From an uncultured bacterium (GTDB taxonomy: Bacteria; Patescibacteriota; Saccharimonadia; UBA4664; SCTI01), in NCBI GenBank assembly GCA_963721685.1, contig CAVRJJ010000001.1, positions 212,170-276,169 on the forward strand: a stretch of 64,000 nucleotides of DNA, given 5' to 3'. Of the stretch, positions 27,724 to 39,100 are shown one piece after another. The notes beneath the pieces were generated by a model that was not told where the DNA came from, did not search any database, and saw only the letters and a list, made by a program, of their open reading frames with translations. Numbering within the stretch: position 1 is the first letter of the stretch; every line of letters starts with the position of its first letter. Position numbers and translations under genes: made by a program.

Positions 27724-28941
27724 ATGCATCAGCGAAGCCTTAAGGCTCCGTCCGGACAACGTAATGGCCGGACATTTCCTAATTCCCGATACCGACCCAA
27801 CCAATCAAGCGGACGACGGGCTGGATTCCAGGGAAGTTATATCAACCCAACCAAGTTTGTAAATAAAGCAACAGAAAAAGCCGACCAGGCAATTTTTGAA
27901 CCAATCCACAAGTTTAGCGACTTTGGTTTCAGCCCCGAGCTGCAACGTAATTTGGCAAACCGAAACTACACCACACCGACTGCCGTCCAGGACGGTTCTA
28001 TTACCGCCATTATGGAGGGAAAAGATTTAATTGGATTAGCCAATACCGGCACCGGTAAAACGGCGGCGTTCGTGCTGCCTATCATTCAGCAACTACAGCA
28101 ACAGCGCCACCAAAACCGGGTATTAATTATGGCCCCTACCCGCGAGCTGGCCATCCAGATTGATGATGAGTTTCGCGCTTTTGCAACCGGCCTCGGGCTT
28201 TATAGCGTGATGTGCGTAGGGGGCGTGGCAATTGCCCGTCAAATCAGCCAGCTCAACCGAAAGCCTCACGTGGTTATTGGTACGCCCGGCCGTTTAAAAG
28301 ATTTAGTTAATCGGCGGGCGCTCAACCTTACCCAGGCCAACATTTTAGTGTTGGATGAAGCCGACCGGATGCTTGATATGGGGTTCGTGCGGGACATCCG
28401 CTTCCTTATTGCCCAGCTGCCTGCCAAACGCCAGTCACTCTGCTTCAGCGCTACTGTTACCCCTGAAATCAAAGTTTTAATGGATGATCTTTTACATAAC
28501 CCGGTGCTCGTATCGGTTCGTGTTAGCGAAACCAGCGAGCATGTGGAACAAGATGTTATTAAAGCTGGTTCGACAACCGAAAAATTATCTATTCTGAACG
28601 AGCTATTGCGCAAGCCAGAGTTCGATAAGGTCCTTATTTTTGGCCAGACCAAGCGCGGGGTTCAAAACCTGGCGGACAAGCTTACCAAAGACGGCCTGCC
28701 AGCTGAAGCCATTCACGGCAACAAGTCCCAGTCTCAGCGCCAACGGGCCTTAAAGGCCTTTAAAACCAATCAAGTAGGGGTGCTGGTTGCCACCGACGTA
28801 GCGGCCCGCGGTTTGGACATCCCCAATGTCAGCCATGTGATTAACTACGACCAACCAAACAACTACGAAGACTATATCCACCGGATTGGGCGAACGGGAC
28901 GGGCCGGTAACAGCGGCCACGCCCTGACGTTTATTTCCTAA
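27724..28941 (+). CDS. DEAD-box ATP-dependent RNA helicase
   Basis: Q-motif region, AxTGTGKT, DEAD, SAT, HRIGRTGR. The N-terminus is Arg/Gly/Ser-rich. Confidence 0.9.
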   Translation: MHQRSLKAPSGQRNGRTFPNSRYRPNQSSGRRAGFQGSYINPTKFVNKATEKADQAIFEPIHKFSDFGFSPELQRNLANRNYTTPTAVQDGSITAIMEGKDLIGLANTGTGKTAAFVLPIIQQLQQQRHQNRVLIMAPTRELAIQIDDEFRAFATGLGLYSVMCVGGVAIARQISQLNRKPHVVIGTPGRLKDLVNRRALNLTQANILVLDEADRMLDMGFVRDIRFLIAQLPAKRQSLCFSATVTPEIKVLMDDLLHNPVLVSVRVSETSEHVEQDVIKAGSTTEKLSILNELLRKPEFDKVLIFGQTKRGVQNLADKLTKDGLPAEAIHGNKSQSQRQRALKAFKTNQVGVLVATDVAARGLDIPNVSHVINYDQPNNYEDYIHRIGRTGRAGNSGHALTFIS

Positions 28942-28973
28942 CGGCTAAAGCATAAATAGTATAGAATAGCTGT

Positions 28974-29915
28974 ATGCACAATATGGTTGGTTTAATGGTC
29001 GCAAGGTTTGAGGCTCTTCCAGCCAAGAAAATCTTACGTTTTGCCTTCGCTGCGATGATTGTCATCATGCTTCTCGCGCATCGAACATTCCTAACACCTG
29101 ATATTTTATTCTTTATGTTGTTCGTCATCATCTTGTCGTTTGGTATGGCAAACCAGTTTATGAAAATGTTTGTTCCCTTTGTGGGGCTTTTGATTTCTTA
29201 TAATGCGTTGAGAAATTTTATTCCCTACGTTACTGAGCGGGTGCATTTCCACGAAATGATTAACTACGACTTAATTATTGGCGGAGGAACGCTACCCACA
29301 ATATGGCTGCAACAACTGCTCTACCATGGCCAGTTAGCGTGGTATGACTTTTACTTTTACGGGCTTTATATGCTGCATTTCATTGTGCCACTAATCCTGG
29401 GGGTACTCATTTGGCGGCGGCGGCCACAAGCTTATTGGCAGTATGCTTGGTCGTTCATAATGCTGTCGTACGCGGCTTTCGTAACGTACGTGTTGTTTCC
29501 GGCGGCACCACCTTGGATGGCATCAGAGATGGACATGATAGCGCCCATTCAAAGAATATCCACCGACATTTGGGCGGCTTTAGGGATACAAAGCTTCCCC
29601 ACAGTCTATGCCCAACTCAGTCCTAATCTTGTAGCGGCGGTACCATCGCTGCACGCGGCTTACCCTACCTTGGTAGCCCTGTTTGTTGGAAAGCTGTTCG
29701 GTTGGCGTTGGGGCGCCCTAGCATTTATTTATCCGGTGTCAATTTGGGTTGGCATTGTGTATATGGGGGAACATTATGTGTTCGACGTGCTCGCCGGTGT
29801 TGGCTACGCTTTAATAGCGTTCTTGGTTATCCCCCAGGTTAGCGGGCTGTGGCGCCAATTGCGGGCGCGCCGAACTCCCGCCCCTAAGCTTAAGGCCTCA
29901 GAACCTCATAAGTAG
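28974..29915 (+). CDS. PAP2-superfamily-like polytopic membrane protein
   Basis: PSLHAA and HYVFD resemble PAP2 motifs 2 and 3. There are about 6 TM helices. Confidence 0.4.
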   Translation: MHNMVGLMVARFEALPAKKILRFAFAAMIVIMLLAHRTFLTPDILFFMLFVIILSFGMANQFMKMFVPFVGLLISYNALRNFIPYVTERVHFHEMINYDLIIGGGTLPTIWLQQLLYHGQLAWYDFYFYGLYMLHFIVPLILGVLIWRRRPQAYWQYAWSFIMLSYAAFVTYVLFPAAPPWMASEMDMIAPIQRISTDIWAALGIQSFPTVYAQLSPNLVAAVPSLHAAYPTLVALFVGKLFGWRWGALAFIYPVSIWVGIVYMGEHYVFDVLAGVGYALIAFLVIPQVSGLWRQLRARRTPAPKLKASEPHK

Positions 29916-30495
29916 CGTCAGCGTTCATACGTATTAAACGGGAGGCCGGGGCAGTAACGGTTCCGCCATCAACATATCCATCAACCTGGTCTCCAAAGTA
30001 TGCTTGGGCTTCGTTAAGGTTTGTGGCCGGTGGCAGGCCTTCCGGATTGGCGCTGGGCGCTATCAACGGGCCGGTTTGAGTAAGCAGTGTTTTCAAGTCG
30101 AACTTATGTGGCAATCGAAACGCTAAACTAAAGCTGCCGCGGTGCAGAAAGCCAAGGTCAGAATCGGGACAGGGCAGGACGACACTGGTTGGTCCGGGCC
30201 ACAACTCATCTAGGACCCGGTGGATAGCGGGGTTAACCGCTACAGAAAACTTTTTTAATTCAGCTACATCCGCGATTAAAATAATCGGCGGTTTTTCCGG
30301 ACTCCTTTGTTTCAAAGCGTAAACTCGTTCAACCGCATCTGGTTTAAGCGCGCTCGCCGCCGCGCCATAAATCGTATCGGTTGGCATTACAACTACGCCG
30401 CCATTTATGATAACGTTAACAACTTCTTGGTAAGATGAATAAATGGAAGACACAATAATTACCAGTATATGCTTGGGATAGACTTTTACAATCAA
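29890..30495 (-). CDS. tsaC: L-threonylcarbamoyladenylate synthase, YrdC/TsaC family
   Basis: MPTDTIYGAAASAL...ILIADV has the YrdC fold signature. Confidence 0.8.
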   Translation of the reverse strand: MIVKVYPKHILVIIVSSIYSSYQEVVNVIINGGVVVMPTDTIYGAAASALKPDAVERVYALKQRSPEKPPIILIADVAELKKFSVAVNPAIHRVLDELWPGPTSVVLPCPDSDLGFLHRGSFSLAFRLPHKFDLKTLLTQTGPLIAPSANPEGLPPATNLNEAQAYFGDQVDGYVDGGTVTAPASRLIRMNADATYEVLRP

Positions 30496-31154
30496 GATAA
30501 CCTGACGGTAGCCAAAGCCTTATTGGGCTGCGAGCTGGTCTATAACCCGCCTAATGGAGAACCAATTGGTGGGCGAATTGTGGAAACCGAAGCCTATGGC
30601 CAAGACGACGAAGCCAGCCACTCGTTTAGAGGACTCACCAAGCGCAATGCGATCATGTTTGGTCCAGGCGGCTACGCCTACGTGTATTTCACTTATGGGA
30701 TTCACTATTGTTTTAACGTAGTGGTGGGCCAACCGGCTACGCTGAAGCAGTTCTTATTCGCGCGCTGGAGCCCACCAGAGCCATCGCGACCATGGAACGC
30801 AACCGACGCACCACCGACCGCCATAATCTTTGCAGCGGGCCGGGGAAGCTGGTTCAGGCCTTAGGCTTAGGCTTAGAACATAACGGCGCCAGCCTAGTGT
30901 CACCTGAATTGCATATACTTAAGCGGTCCGCGCTTCCCCAAATAGTTGCCGGACCACGAGTGGGCATTAGCCGAGCGATTGATAAACCTTGGCGATTTAT
31001 GGTTGCCGGTAGTCCATGGATCACGAAACACAAGCTCAATAACGCCGCCCGGGAGATTCACGTCGTGACCCCACGCTTAAAGCGCAGCTTATTACCTTGG
31101 TTGTCTCTTAGCGCTTTCCGTCTTGGGGTGGGTATTAACCAAGAGGGAGGGTAG
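30469..31154 (+). pseudogene. mpg: DNA-3-methyladenine glycosylase (Mpg/AAG family) split by a 1-nt frameshift near 30721-30745 (ORFs 30469..30864 and 30792..31154)
   Basis: The first ORF carries ...ETEAYGQDDEASHSFRG...GIHYCFNVV. The rest (AVLIRALEP...LCSGPGKL...PRVGISRAIDKPWRF) continues in the +1 frame. Confidence 0.75.
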
Positions 31155-31175
31155 CCGCTGCCCACGAAGCCTTTA

Positions 31176-31634
31176 ATGGTACCTCCGGGCTATTATCCGG
31201 TGGTTGGGGTATCTGATGGCGACACCATTACCGTCACCATTGCCGCTAAAAAAGAAATAGTCCGTTTAATTGGTATTGATACGCCGGAAACCCGGGATCC
31301 ACGTAAACCCGTCCAATGTTTTGGCAAAGCCGCCTCCACCTACGCCCACACCCTGTTAGACGGCAAGGTTGTGCGGCTGGAAAGTGACCCCACCAATAGC
31401 GACCGCGATAAGTATAAGCGGTTGCTTCGCTATGTGTACTTGCAGGATGGCACGTTAGTGAACCGGAGCATGATTGACGGCGGCTACGCCTTTGCCTATA
31501 CCTTGTTCCCGTTTACTAAGATGGAGGAGTTCCGCGCCGCCGAACGGCAGGCCAGGGAAGCTAATGTTGGATTATGGGCGGGTTGTGAAGTAATAAAAGA
31601 AGGGGAGAAGTCCCAAACCCAAGACCAACCGTAA
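31176..31634 (+). CDS. thermonuclease (staphylococcal nuclease, SNase-like)
   Basis: GDTI.V......RL.GIDTPE...P....G..A......LL.GK.V.LE......D.Y.R.L.Y pattern. Confidence 0.85.
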   Translation: MVPPGYYPVVGVSDGDTITVTIAAKKEIVRLIGIDTPETRDPRKPVQCFGKAASTYAHTLLDGKVVRLESDPTNSDRDKYKRLLRYVYLQDGTLVNRSMIDGGYAFAYTLFPFTKMEEFRAAERQAREANVGLWAGCEVIKEGEKSQTQDQP

Positions 31635-31637
31635 GCC

Positions 31638-32078
31638 CTAGTTGTTCGAAGGAACCATTTCCGGCTTACCCACCTTGGCGCTTAAGATGAGCTGGCGGGT
31701 TTCGCCTTCTGAATCTTTAATCGTGGTGTCTTGGGTTTCGTTATAATAGGTCACCAAATGATGGCTCATAATTTCTTGAAGATCTTTTTGCTTAAACTTC
31801 AGTTCCTCTAGCTCACTGTTAATTGCTTGGTAGTCCCGATCAGCCTCAAGCAGCTTTTTAGCTTGTTGACGCTTGGTTTTAAGCTCGGTTAACTCTTCCT
31901 GCATTTCTTTGTACTCCTGGTTTTGCTCAAGGACATCCTTCAAGTTATCCCGCATGGCCTTCATTTTCTGCCGAGTTTCTTCCATTTCCGTCATTAGGCG
32001 ATGAATAGCCGCGACCGTTGTTTCATCTTCCATGTTTGTATTCGCCTCCTTATATCTTGTCCCAGTATATACTATCAA
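31638..32078 (-). CDS. coiled-coil protein, unknown; 4-nt overlap with the upstream helicase gene
   Basis: Heptad-rich Glu/Lys/Gln sequence. Confidence 0.4.
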   Translation of the reverse strand: MIVYTGTRYKEANTNMEDETTVAAIHRLMTEMEETRQKMKAMRDNLKDVLEQNQEYKEMQEELTELKTKRQQAKKLLEADRDYQAINSELEELKFKQKDLQEIMSHHLVTYYNETQDTTIKDSEGETRQLILSAKVGKPEMVPSNN

Positions 32079-33256
32079 TCACCAATAATAATGAGCTTCC
32101 GTTCGGCCCGGGTAACGGCCGTGTACAGCCAGCGCCGCCAATCGTCATCATCCATGTGTTTGTTGCGCTCTTCAAACACCAAAACGGTATCGGCCGAAGA
32201 TCCTTGGGCTTTGTGCACTGTCAGCGCGTAGCCAAAATCAAACAAGTCACCGCGGACCTTTAGCTCGGGCGCTTTGGGAAGACGCGAGACAGTTTCGCGC
32301 GAACCAAACTGCTCGCGTAAGAGATAGCATTGCCGTTCAAGATGGTCAATTAAGATCCCGGCCTCCCACCAAAGGGATTCCGGGTCATTATCGGCCGGCT
32401 GAATCCATTTTACTATCCCCGTCATACCGTTATACAGCTTGCCCTTAGGATTGTTGCGCAAACAAATCAGCTGCTCGCCGGGCTCTGGATCGGAGGACTC
32501 AAATCCACGCCGCGCCCGCAAGTCCCGGTTCAACTTCACTCTCGTATGGTTGTAGCCGCAGAGGATAAGCCAGGAAGGATCCCAAGCTTCCAGCAGGTCC
32601 TCCATAGCGCTCCCCAGATCATCGCCTCGGCGGCTGTATTTTACCACCTCATCGCCATCACCGTAGCGTCCGGGCGGAATATAACCGGTAGTACGAGCCA
32701 GCGTAGCTACTTCCACAATCGGGCTGTCAATCGCCTGGCGGTAGACCTTTTCAAGCTTAATCATTGGCTCATCCATGAGGTTGAAGCTGGCGCCAACCGG
32801 GGGCAGTTGGCCATGGTCGCCCACCGCTAAAATCGGCAGCTTAAAACTGAGCAGATCGTTCCATAAGTCTTCCGTTACCATGCTGGCTTCATCCACAATA
32901 ATCAGGTTGGCTTTCAACGCTTGGCGGCGCCGCCACCCGGTTACCTGGCCGTCACTACCCAGCTCGGTATTGTAAATTAATCCGTGAATAGTTGTTAAAC
33001 TATCATTTTTGCGGCTAATTCCTTGGCGCTTTAAAGTTTGGTCCATAACCCGGACGGCTTTGCCGGTAAAGGCGCAAAAAGCCACTTTTACATCCGGGTC
33101 GTTATCGCGCAAGGCTTGCCGAACATGGCCAACCATAGTGGTTTTACCGGTGCCAGCGTAACCACCCAGGGTAATGAATTGCTGCGAACCGGCGCGGTAC
33201 CACCGTCCAATTGTCTGGAGTGCATTGATCTGGTCGGGTGATAGTTGGTAAGACAT
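32075..33256 (-). CDS. RecD/TraA-family (SF1B) DNA helicase
   Basis: Walker A GYAGTGKTT, DExx LIIVDEASMV, C-terminal YALTVHKAQGS. Confidence 0.8.
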   Translation of the reverse strand: MSYQLSPDQINALQTIGRWYRAGSQQFITLGGYAGTGKTTMVGHVRQALRDNDPDVKVAFCAFTGKAVRVMDQTLKRQGISRKNDSLTTIHGLIYNTELGSDGQVTGWRRRQALKANLIIVDEASMVTEDLWNDLLSFKLPILAVGDHGQLPPVGASFNLMDEPMIKLEKVYRQAIDSPIVEVATLARTTGYIPPGRYGDGDEVVKYSRRGDDLGSAMEDLLEAWDPSWLILCGYNHTRVKLNRDLRARRGFESSDPEPGEQLICLRNNPKGKLYNGMTGIVKWIQPADNDPESLWWEAGILIDHLERQCYLLREQFGSRETVSRLPKAPELKVRGDLFDFGYALTVHKAQGSSADTVLVFEERNKHMDDDDWRRWLYTAVTRAERKLIIIGD

Positions 33257-33385
33257 TATACTAGTTTAGCATTTGCGACTTCCAAAAAATGGCAGCTTTA
33301 GAGCCTACCGGTTTGTGGTAACTACCAATGCGGGCTAACCCACCGCGAGCGTAGAGTGACAATATAGATAAGAGGAGGGTTTGCA

Positions 33386-33592
33386 ATGACGGCAATAAAT
33401 CGAGCTGTTTCCGACGCACAAGCGACGGCAATATTGGGGTCTGAAGCGGCCCCCATCAATAAGGTCCGACAACTGGTCGCAATCGGCTACGAAGAAGAGG
33501 TAGCTGAGTTTATGGTGAGCGGTGTCCAGTCCGGCCAGCATCAAATGCTGTACTATGAGCAGCTACCCCAGGCTGACTACGCCGACGAATAA
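33386..33592 (+). CDS. small acidic hypothetical protein
   Basis: 68-aa ORF with an RBS-like GAGGAGGG sequence upstream. Confidence 0.25.
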   Translation: MTAINRAVSDAQATAILGSEAAPINKVRQLVAIGYEEEVAEFMVSGVQSGQHQMLYYEQLPQADYADE

Positions 33593-33606
33593 GCTATACT
33601 GTAGCC

Positions 33607-34443
33607 ATGAAGTATGGCTTACACATCTCCACCGCCGGCAATTTAAGCACAACTCCCGGCCGGGCTAAGGCGATAGGAGCGGACGCGTTGCAAATTTTTG
33701 CCGGCAGTCCGCGAACCTTTAAGCAGCCTATTTACAACGCTGAACTCACCGCAGGGTTTAAGCAGGCCTGCCAAGAGCTAGCCATGCCTTCCTTCATCCA
33801 CATGCTGTATTTAACCAGCTACGGGTCTCCTGATGACAAGTTGCGGGCTTCATCAATTGGGGCGGCCAAACAAACCATGAAAAACGCCGATTTACTGGGG
33901 GTTAAGGGGGTAGTGACCCACCTGGGCTCCCACAAGGGTCTAGGAACCGCCACCGTCATCGACCGCCTGAGAGACGCCCTTTTGGAAGTAGTGGGCAAAA
34001 CCAGCACCAAGCTGCTTTTGGAGAACTCAGCTGGAGCCGGCGGCAATGTGGGCAACAGCATTGATGAATTAGCCCTTATTTATGAGGCGGTTGGTCGTAA
34101 CCCGAAAATTGGCTTTTGCCTCGATACCGCACATTTATTTGCTTCTGGATATGATGTCAGGACGAAAGACGGATGGAAAGCGGTTTTGGATGAGTTCGAT
34201 AAAAAAATTGGCTTGGAGCATCTCGGGGTAATTCACTTGAATGACTCCAAAGTGGAGCTGGATAGCAAACGCGACCGTCATGAAAATATTGGCCAGGGCT
34301 TTATTGGCGAAGACGGCTTTAAGGTCATTTTGAATGAGTCGCGCCTTCAGCATATGGTCGGATTGCTGGAAGTCCCTGGCATGGACGGCAAAGGCCCGGA
34401 TAAAATCAACCTAGATAAGCTGCGTGAGCTAACCGCTGTGTGA
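33607..34443 (+). CDS. nfo: endonuclease IV (AP endonuclease family 2)
   Basis: TIM-barrel AP endonuclease motifs (HxxY, HLGSH, LENSAG, HLNDSK). Confidence 0.85.
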   Translation: MKYGLHISTAGNLSTTPGRAKAIGADALQIFAGSPRTFKQPIYNAELTAGFKQACQELAMPSFIHMLYLTSYGSPDDKLRASSIGAAKQTMKNADLLGVKGVVTHLGSHKGLGTATVIDRLRDALLEVVGKTSTKLLLENSAGAGGNVGNSIDELALIYEAVGRNPKIGFCLDTAHLFASGYDVRTKDGWKAVLDEFDKKIGLEHLGVIHLNDSKVELDSKRDRHENIGQGFIGEDGFKVILNESRLQHMVGLLEVPGMDGKGPDKINLDKLRELTAV

Positions 34444-34508
34444 TTCCGCAATTCGCCCGGCAAGCTGACCAACCCTTATTTCCGGAGATATTTTGGAACC
34501 GACCTACC

Positions 34509-35300
34509 ATGAAAAACCGGGGCGGCAGACTGCTTGTCTTGGGCGGACAAAAAAACCAGTTTAATGAACTCCAGGCTATTTATCAAATTGCCGAAGCAGC
34601 GGGAATTGGCGAGATTCAGGCAGTTATGCCTGATACGTTGCGCCGGATTGTTGGGGAAACCGGTTTTGCGCGATTCGTCCCGGCCTCCAACTCCGGATCG
34701 CTGGGCAAGACGGCGCTGGGACAGATCCTGCATTTGGCAGGGGATAGCGACGCTATAATAATTGGCGCTAATCTCACCAACAACGCCGAAACCGCGATGC
34801 TGGTTGAATCGCTTATCCGGGAACTTGATTCCCGTATTATTTTTACCGAAGAAGCCTTTGAACTACTGAAATTTCATCCTGAGCTTATTACCGGCAACCC
34901 TAAGGCCTTGGTGATCACCACAATGGGGGGCTTATTTGCGCTCGCAAACAATCATCACATGCCAATTGCAACCAACCCCAGCTCCGGGGTTATAGGAAAA
35001 ATGGAAATCCTGGAGCAACTGGCTTCAATTAGCAAAAGCCAATACTTAGTGTTTGATGGGAAGGTTATGGTAGCCGCCGAAAGCGAAATGAGCTTAACAC
35101 CATTAAGCGCTTCCTTAGGCAGCCTTCCAGCCGCGGCGGTTGGCCTCGCTGCGACCTTTTGGGTCCAACATTCAAGCAAGCCGTTTACAGCCTTAACAAC
35201 CGCGGCATACGTATTGGGAAAGGCTTTAAACGAAGAAACCTCAACCTATACGGAGATCGGCGAACAAATTGCCACCGTTTTGCGGAAACACGAGCAATAG
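34509..35300 (+). CDS. YjeF-C-terminal-like (carbohydrate-kinase fold) protein, degenerate
   Basis: GGRLLVLGG..........AAGIGEIQAV resembles NAD(P)HX-dehydratase N-terminal motifs, but the key residues diverge. Confidence 0.3.
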   Translation: MKNRGGRLLVLGGQKNQFNELQAIYQIAEAAGIGEIQAVMPDTLRRIVGETGFARFVPASNSGSLGKTALGQILHLAGDSDAIIIGANLTNNAETAMLVESLIRELDSRIIFTEEAFELLKFHPELITGNPKALVITTMGGLFALANNHHMPIATNPSSGVIGKMEILEQLASISKSQYLVFDGKVMVAAESEMSLTPLSASLGSLPAAAVGLAATFWVQHSSKPFTALTTAAYVLGKALNEETSTYTEIGEQIATVLRKHEQ

Positions 35301-35318
35301 ATTTTAGCATGGCAAACA

Positions 35319-36116
35319 ATGATACTATTAAATATAGTGGCTATGGTTAAACCAATCTATTTTCGAGGAATTAAAATTGCTTTTTTTGCAGTTATCGCGC
35401 TCCTGTGCGTGGTGTTATTTTTTTTCGGGGCCAACGAACTACGGCCGAAAAACTCCTTTATCCAATCGGCCCAGGCAATTGCGGACTTAAAAAGGGCGAC
35501 TGGAGAATTGAGAATATTACTGCAAGACACCTCAAGTGGTTCCGACCAAATTGCCCGCAAGTATATATTTTATTTGGACCGGATGGAGCAGTCCTGCCAA
35601 CACGTTGCCGTTGCTACTAACGGCCCTGACTTTGCCAGCCTTACATCCGCCGAAATAGGTAGCATGAAGCAAAGCCTGGCCCTATGTAATGATCTGGTAA
35701 TGCTGGTTGCCGCGTCAAAAAAGCAATATGATACGCTGCAACCGCTCTTAACTGCCGATGCCAGCCCCCCGCGGTACCAAACCTTGCCCCCCTTCAAAAA
35801 CCAGATGAAACAACATCATACTAAGGTAGTTGAATCGGCACTTAAGCAGCTTTCTCCAGCATCATCAGACAAAACTGCATTTCCTTCTACCGCTGCAAGC
35901 GAGCTCAAGCAGCTTCGGACGTCTGTCAAGAACAGCCCTGGACTTAGCTACTTGCCAAATTTGGAAGCGTTTCAACTGAAAATGGCCGGGGAGCGCCAAC
36001 ACTATTGGTCGGCTTATGCCGACATTGATTCGCTTGAGCATAGCCTTACGACACAATTATCAAGATATTGCAGCGCTAATGAGGTAAAAAAGAGACTCTC
36101 TTACCAATGCCACTAA
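35319..36116 (+). CDS. membrane-anchored hypothetical protein
   Basis: Single N-terminal TM helix, otherwise a helical soluble domain. Confidence 0.4.
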   Translation: MILLNIVAMVKPIYFRGIKIAFFAVIALLCVVLFFFGANELRPKNSFIQSAQAIADLKRATGELRILLQDTSSGSDQIARKYIFYLDRMEQSCQHVAVATNGPDFASLTSAEIGSMKQSLALCNDLVMLVAASKKQYDTLQPLLTADASPPRYQTLPPFKNQMKQHHTKVVESALKQLSPASSDKTAFPSTAASELKQLRTSVKNSPGLSYLPNLEAFQLKMAGERQHYWSAYADIDSLEHSLTTQLSRYCSANEVKKRLSYQCH

Positions 36117-36126
36117 CCGACGCCGG

Positions 36127-39100
36127 TTACTTATTCCAGAAAAAGCGTTTAGATCCGCCGCAGAACGCCGCCCCATGGCGCAAACGTTTTTCTAAAGTGG
36201 GTACCGTACAGCGGGTAATTTCTGGCCAGGCATTATAAGTAGTGAGTAAAGTTCCGCTGGATTTTACCACGCGCAAGCAGTAGGTACTTTCATAGGTTGC
36301 CTTTGATAGGTCTAAGTCAAAATCCCAGCGCCCATACTCACCTGCGGCAATCGCCTGTGTATTCGTAAAATAGTTGTTGGTAATGTAATTCTGCGGTCGT
36401 ATCGTTGCGCCCCCTTGAGTTGGGTCACTGCCGCTTGAAACCAAACCACCGTAATTATCGGCAGGCTGGCCCCCCCAATTAACCGGTGGGCTCATGGTCA
36501 TGACGCGGTTGCCGGTGCCTGTGGCGGCAACCGCCACGAACACTCCGTTGTTGTAAGTGACGGAGTACCAATCGTTATCCTCGACGCTGGGGCGGATGGT
36601 CCAGGTAATGCCGTCGGGGCTGGTCATCACGCGGTTGTCGGAGCCGGTGTAGCTGACCGCCACAAACAACCCGTTGCCGTGAGTGACGGAGTACCAATCG
36701 TTATCCGCCGCGCTGGTGCGGGGGGTCCAGGTAATGCCGTTAGGGGAGGTCATGACACGGTTGCCGGTACCGGAGGCGGCAACTGCCACAAATAACCCGT
36801 TGCCGTGAGTGACAGATTGCCAAATATTATTAGCTGCGCTGGTGCGGATGGTCCAGGTAATGCCGTCGGGGGAAGTCATGACCCGGTTGCCGGAGCCGGT
36901 GTAGCTGACCGCCACAAATAACCCGTTGCCGTAAGTGACGGAGTACCAATCGTTATCCGCCGCGCTGGTGCGGGGGGTCCAGGTGGTGCCGTCGGGGGAA
37001 GTCATCACCCGGTTGCCGGTACCAGAACTTGCGACCGCTACAAACAAGCCATTGCCGTAGGTGACGGAGTACCAGAGGTTATCCGCGGCGCTGGTGCGGA
37101 TCGTCCAGCTAATGCCGTCGGGGGAAGTCATCACCCGGTTGCCGGTACCGGTGGCGGCAACTGCCACAAATAACCCGTTGCCGTAAGTGACGGAGTACCA
37201 ATCGTTATCCGCCGCGCTGGTGCGTGGGGTCCAAGTGATGCCGTCGAGAGAGGTCATGACGCGGTTACCGATACCAGAACTTGCGACCGCTACAAACAGG
37301 CCATTGCCGTAAGTGACGGAGTTCCAGGAATTGTCCGCGGCGCTGGTGCGGCTTACCCAACCGGCAATACCAACATCATGATAGGTCTCACTATTAGAGC
37401 ACACGCTACCGCTGCGAGCTGCATAATGCAATGCAAAATTACTATCACCAGGGTCGGCATCTCCTGTGGTAGCACCGAGATTCATGCGCAGCCGTAACGA
37501 ATCGCTACTTGCCGCAGTCGTAACGGCGTCTTGTGATGACAGCGCTTCACCCACAGCGGCGTCGACCCCCGGAGCAGTCATAACTCGGTTGCCGGTGCCG
37601 GATGCTGCCACTGCTACAAACAAGCCGTTGTTATAAGTTACGGCCTGCCATAAGTTGTCTGCCGCGGAGGTTTGGGAGGTCCAGGTAATACCATCAGGTG
37701 AAGTCATCACCCGGTTGCCGGTCCCTGATTGCGCTACCGCTACAAACAACCCGTTGCCGTAAGTGATGGACTGCCAGGATTGATCAGCACTGGTGCGGGG
37801 GGTCCAGGTGGTACCATCGGGGCTGGTCATCACCCGGTTACCGATACCAGAACTTGCGACCGCTACAAACAACCCGTTGCCGTATGTAACGGAATTCCAA
37901 GTATTATCCGCGGCGCTGGTACGGGAGGTCCAGGCAGTGCCGTTGAGGGAGGTCATCACCCGGTTGCCGGTGCCGGTTTCCGCCACCGCTACAAACAACC
38001 CGTTGCCATAAGTGACGGATTTCCAATCAATGTTAGCGGCGGCAGTGCGGGGTGTCCAAGTGATGCCGTCGGGGGAGGTCATCACCCGGTCATTAATGGT
38101 TCCGGTAACACTTGGACTTACCGCTACATACAGACCATTTCCATAAGCGATACCGCTCCATGCATTGTCAGCGGCACTGGTGCGGGGGTCCAGGTGATCC
38201 CGTCGGGAGAGGTCATAACCCGGTTGCCGGTCCCGGTAGAACCCACCGCTACAAACAACCCGTTGCCGTAAGTAACAGAGTTCCAATAATTATCGGCGGC
38301 ACTGGTGCGGGGGGTCCAGGTAATGCCGTTAGGAGAGGTCATAACCCGGTTGCCGGTCCCGGTAGAGCTTACCGCTACAAACAGATCTTTGCCATATGTT
38401 ACGGATCGCCAATCATTATTTGCCGCTGAAGTGCGGGAGATCCAGTTACTGGCGGTTGACTGCGTGGTAGTGCCCGAGGTCATTACTCGATTACCGGTAC
38501 CGCTATTTGAGACTGCCACAAACAAACCATTTCCGTAAACGACACCAAACCAAGCATTGTCTGCCGCGGAGGTTCGGGAGGTCCAGGTGATACCATCAGG
38601 TGAAGTCATGACCCGGTTTCCGGTGCCGCTGTTTCCTACAGATACAAATAGACCGCTAGCGAAAGTAACTGACCGCCACAAGTTGTCTGCTGAGCTGGTC
38701 CTTGATGTCCAGGTAATACCATCAGGTGAAGTCATGACGCGATTGCCGGTACCAGTGGTGGCCACTGCCACGAACAAACCGTTACCGAAGGTAATTGAAG
38801 TCCAGTTATTGTCTGCCGCGGAAGTTCGGGATGTCCAGGTGATGCCGTCGGGGGAGGTCATGACGCGGTCACCGGTACCGGAAGCTGCCACTGCCACGAA
38901 CAAGCCATTGTCGTAGGCGACTGATTGCCAACTATTATTAGCTGCACTAGTGCGGATAGTCCATGTGATACCATCAGGTGAAGTCATGACCCGGTTGCCG
39001 GTACCAGAGGTGGCTACTGCCACAAACAAGCCGTTGCCGTAAGTAACGGAGTTCCAGTTGTTATCCGCCGCGGAAGTTCGGGGAGTCCAGGTGGTACCAT

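Noticed and set aside
37729-38916. Several plus-strand ORFs (for example 37729..38271, 38112..38429, 38557..38916) with their own internal repeats
   Set aside because: They are antisense to the BNR repeat gene. The periodicity is simply the complement of the coding repeats.
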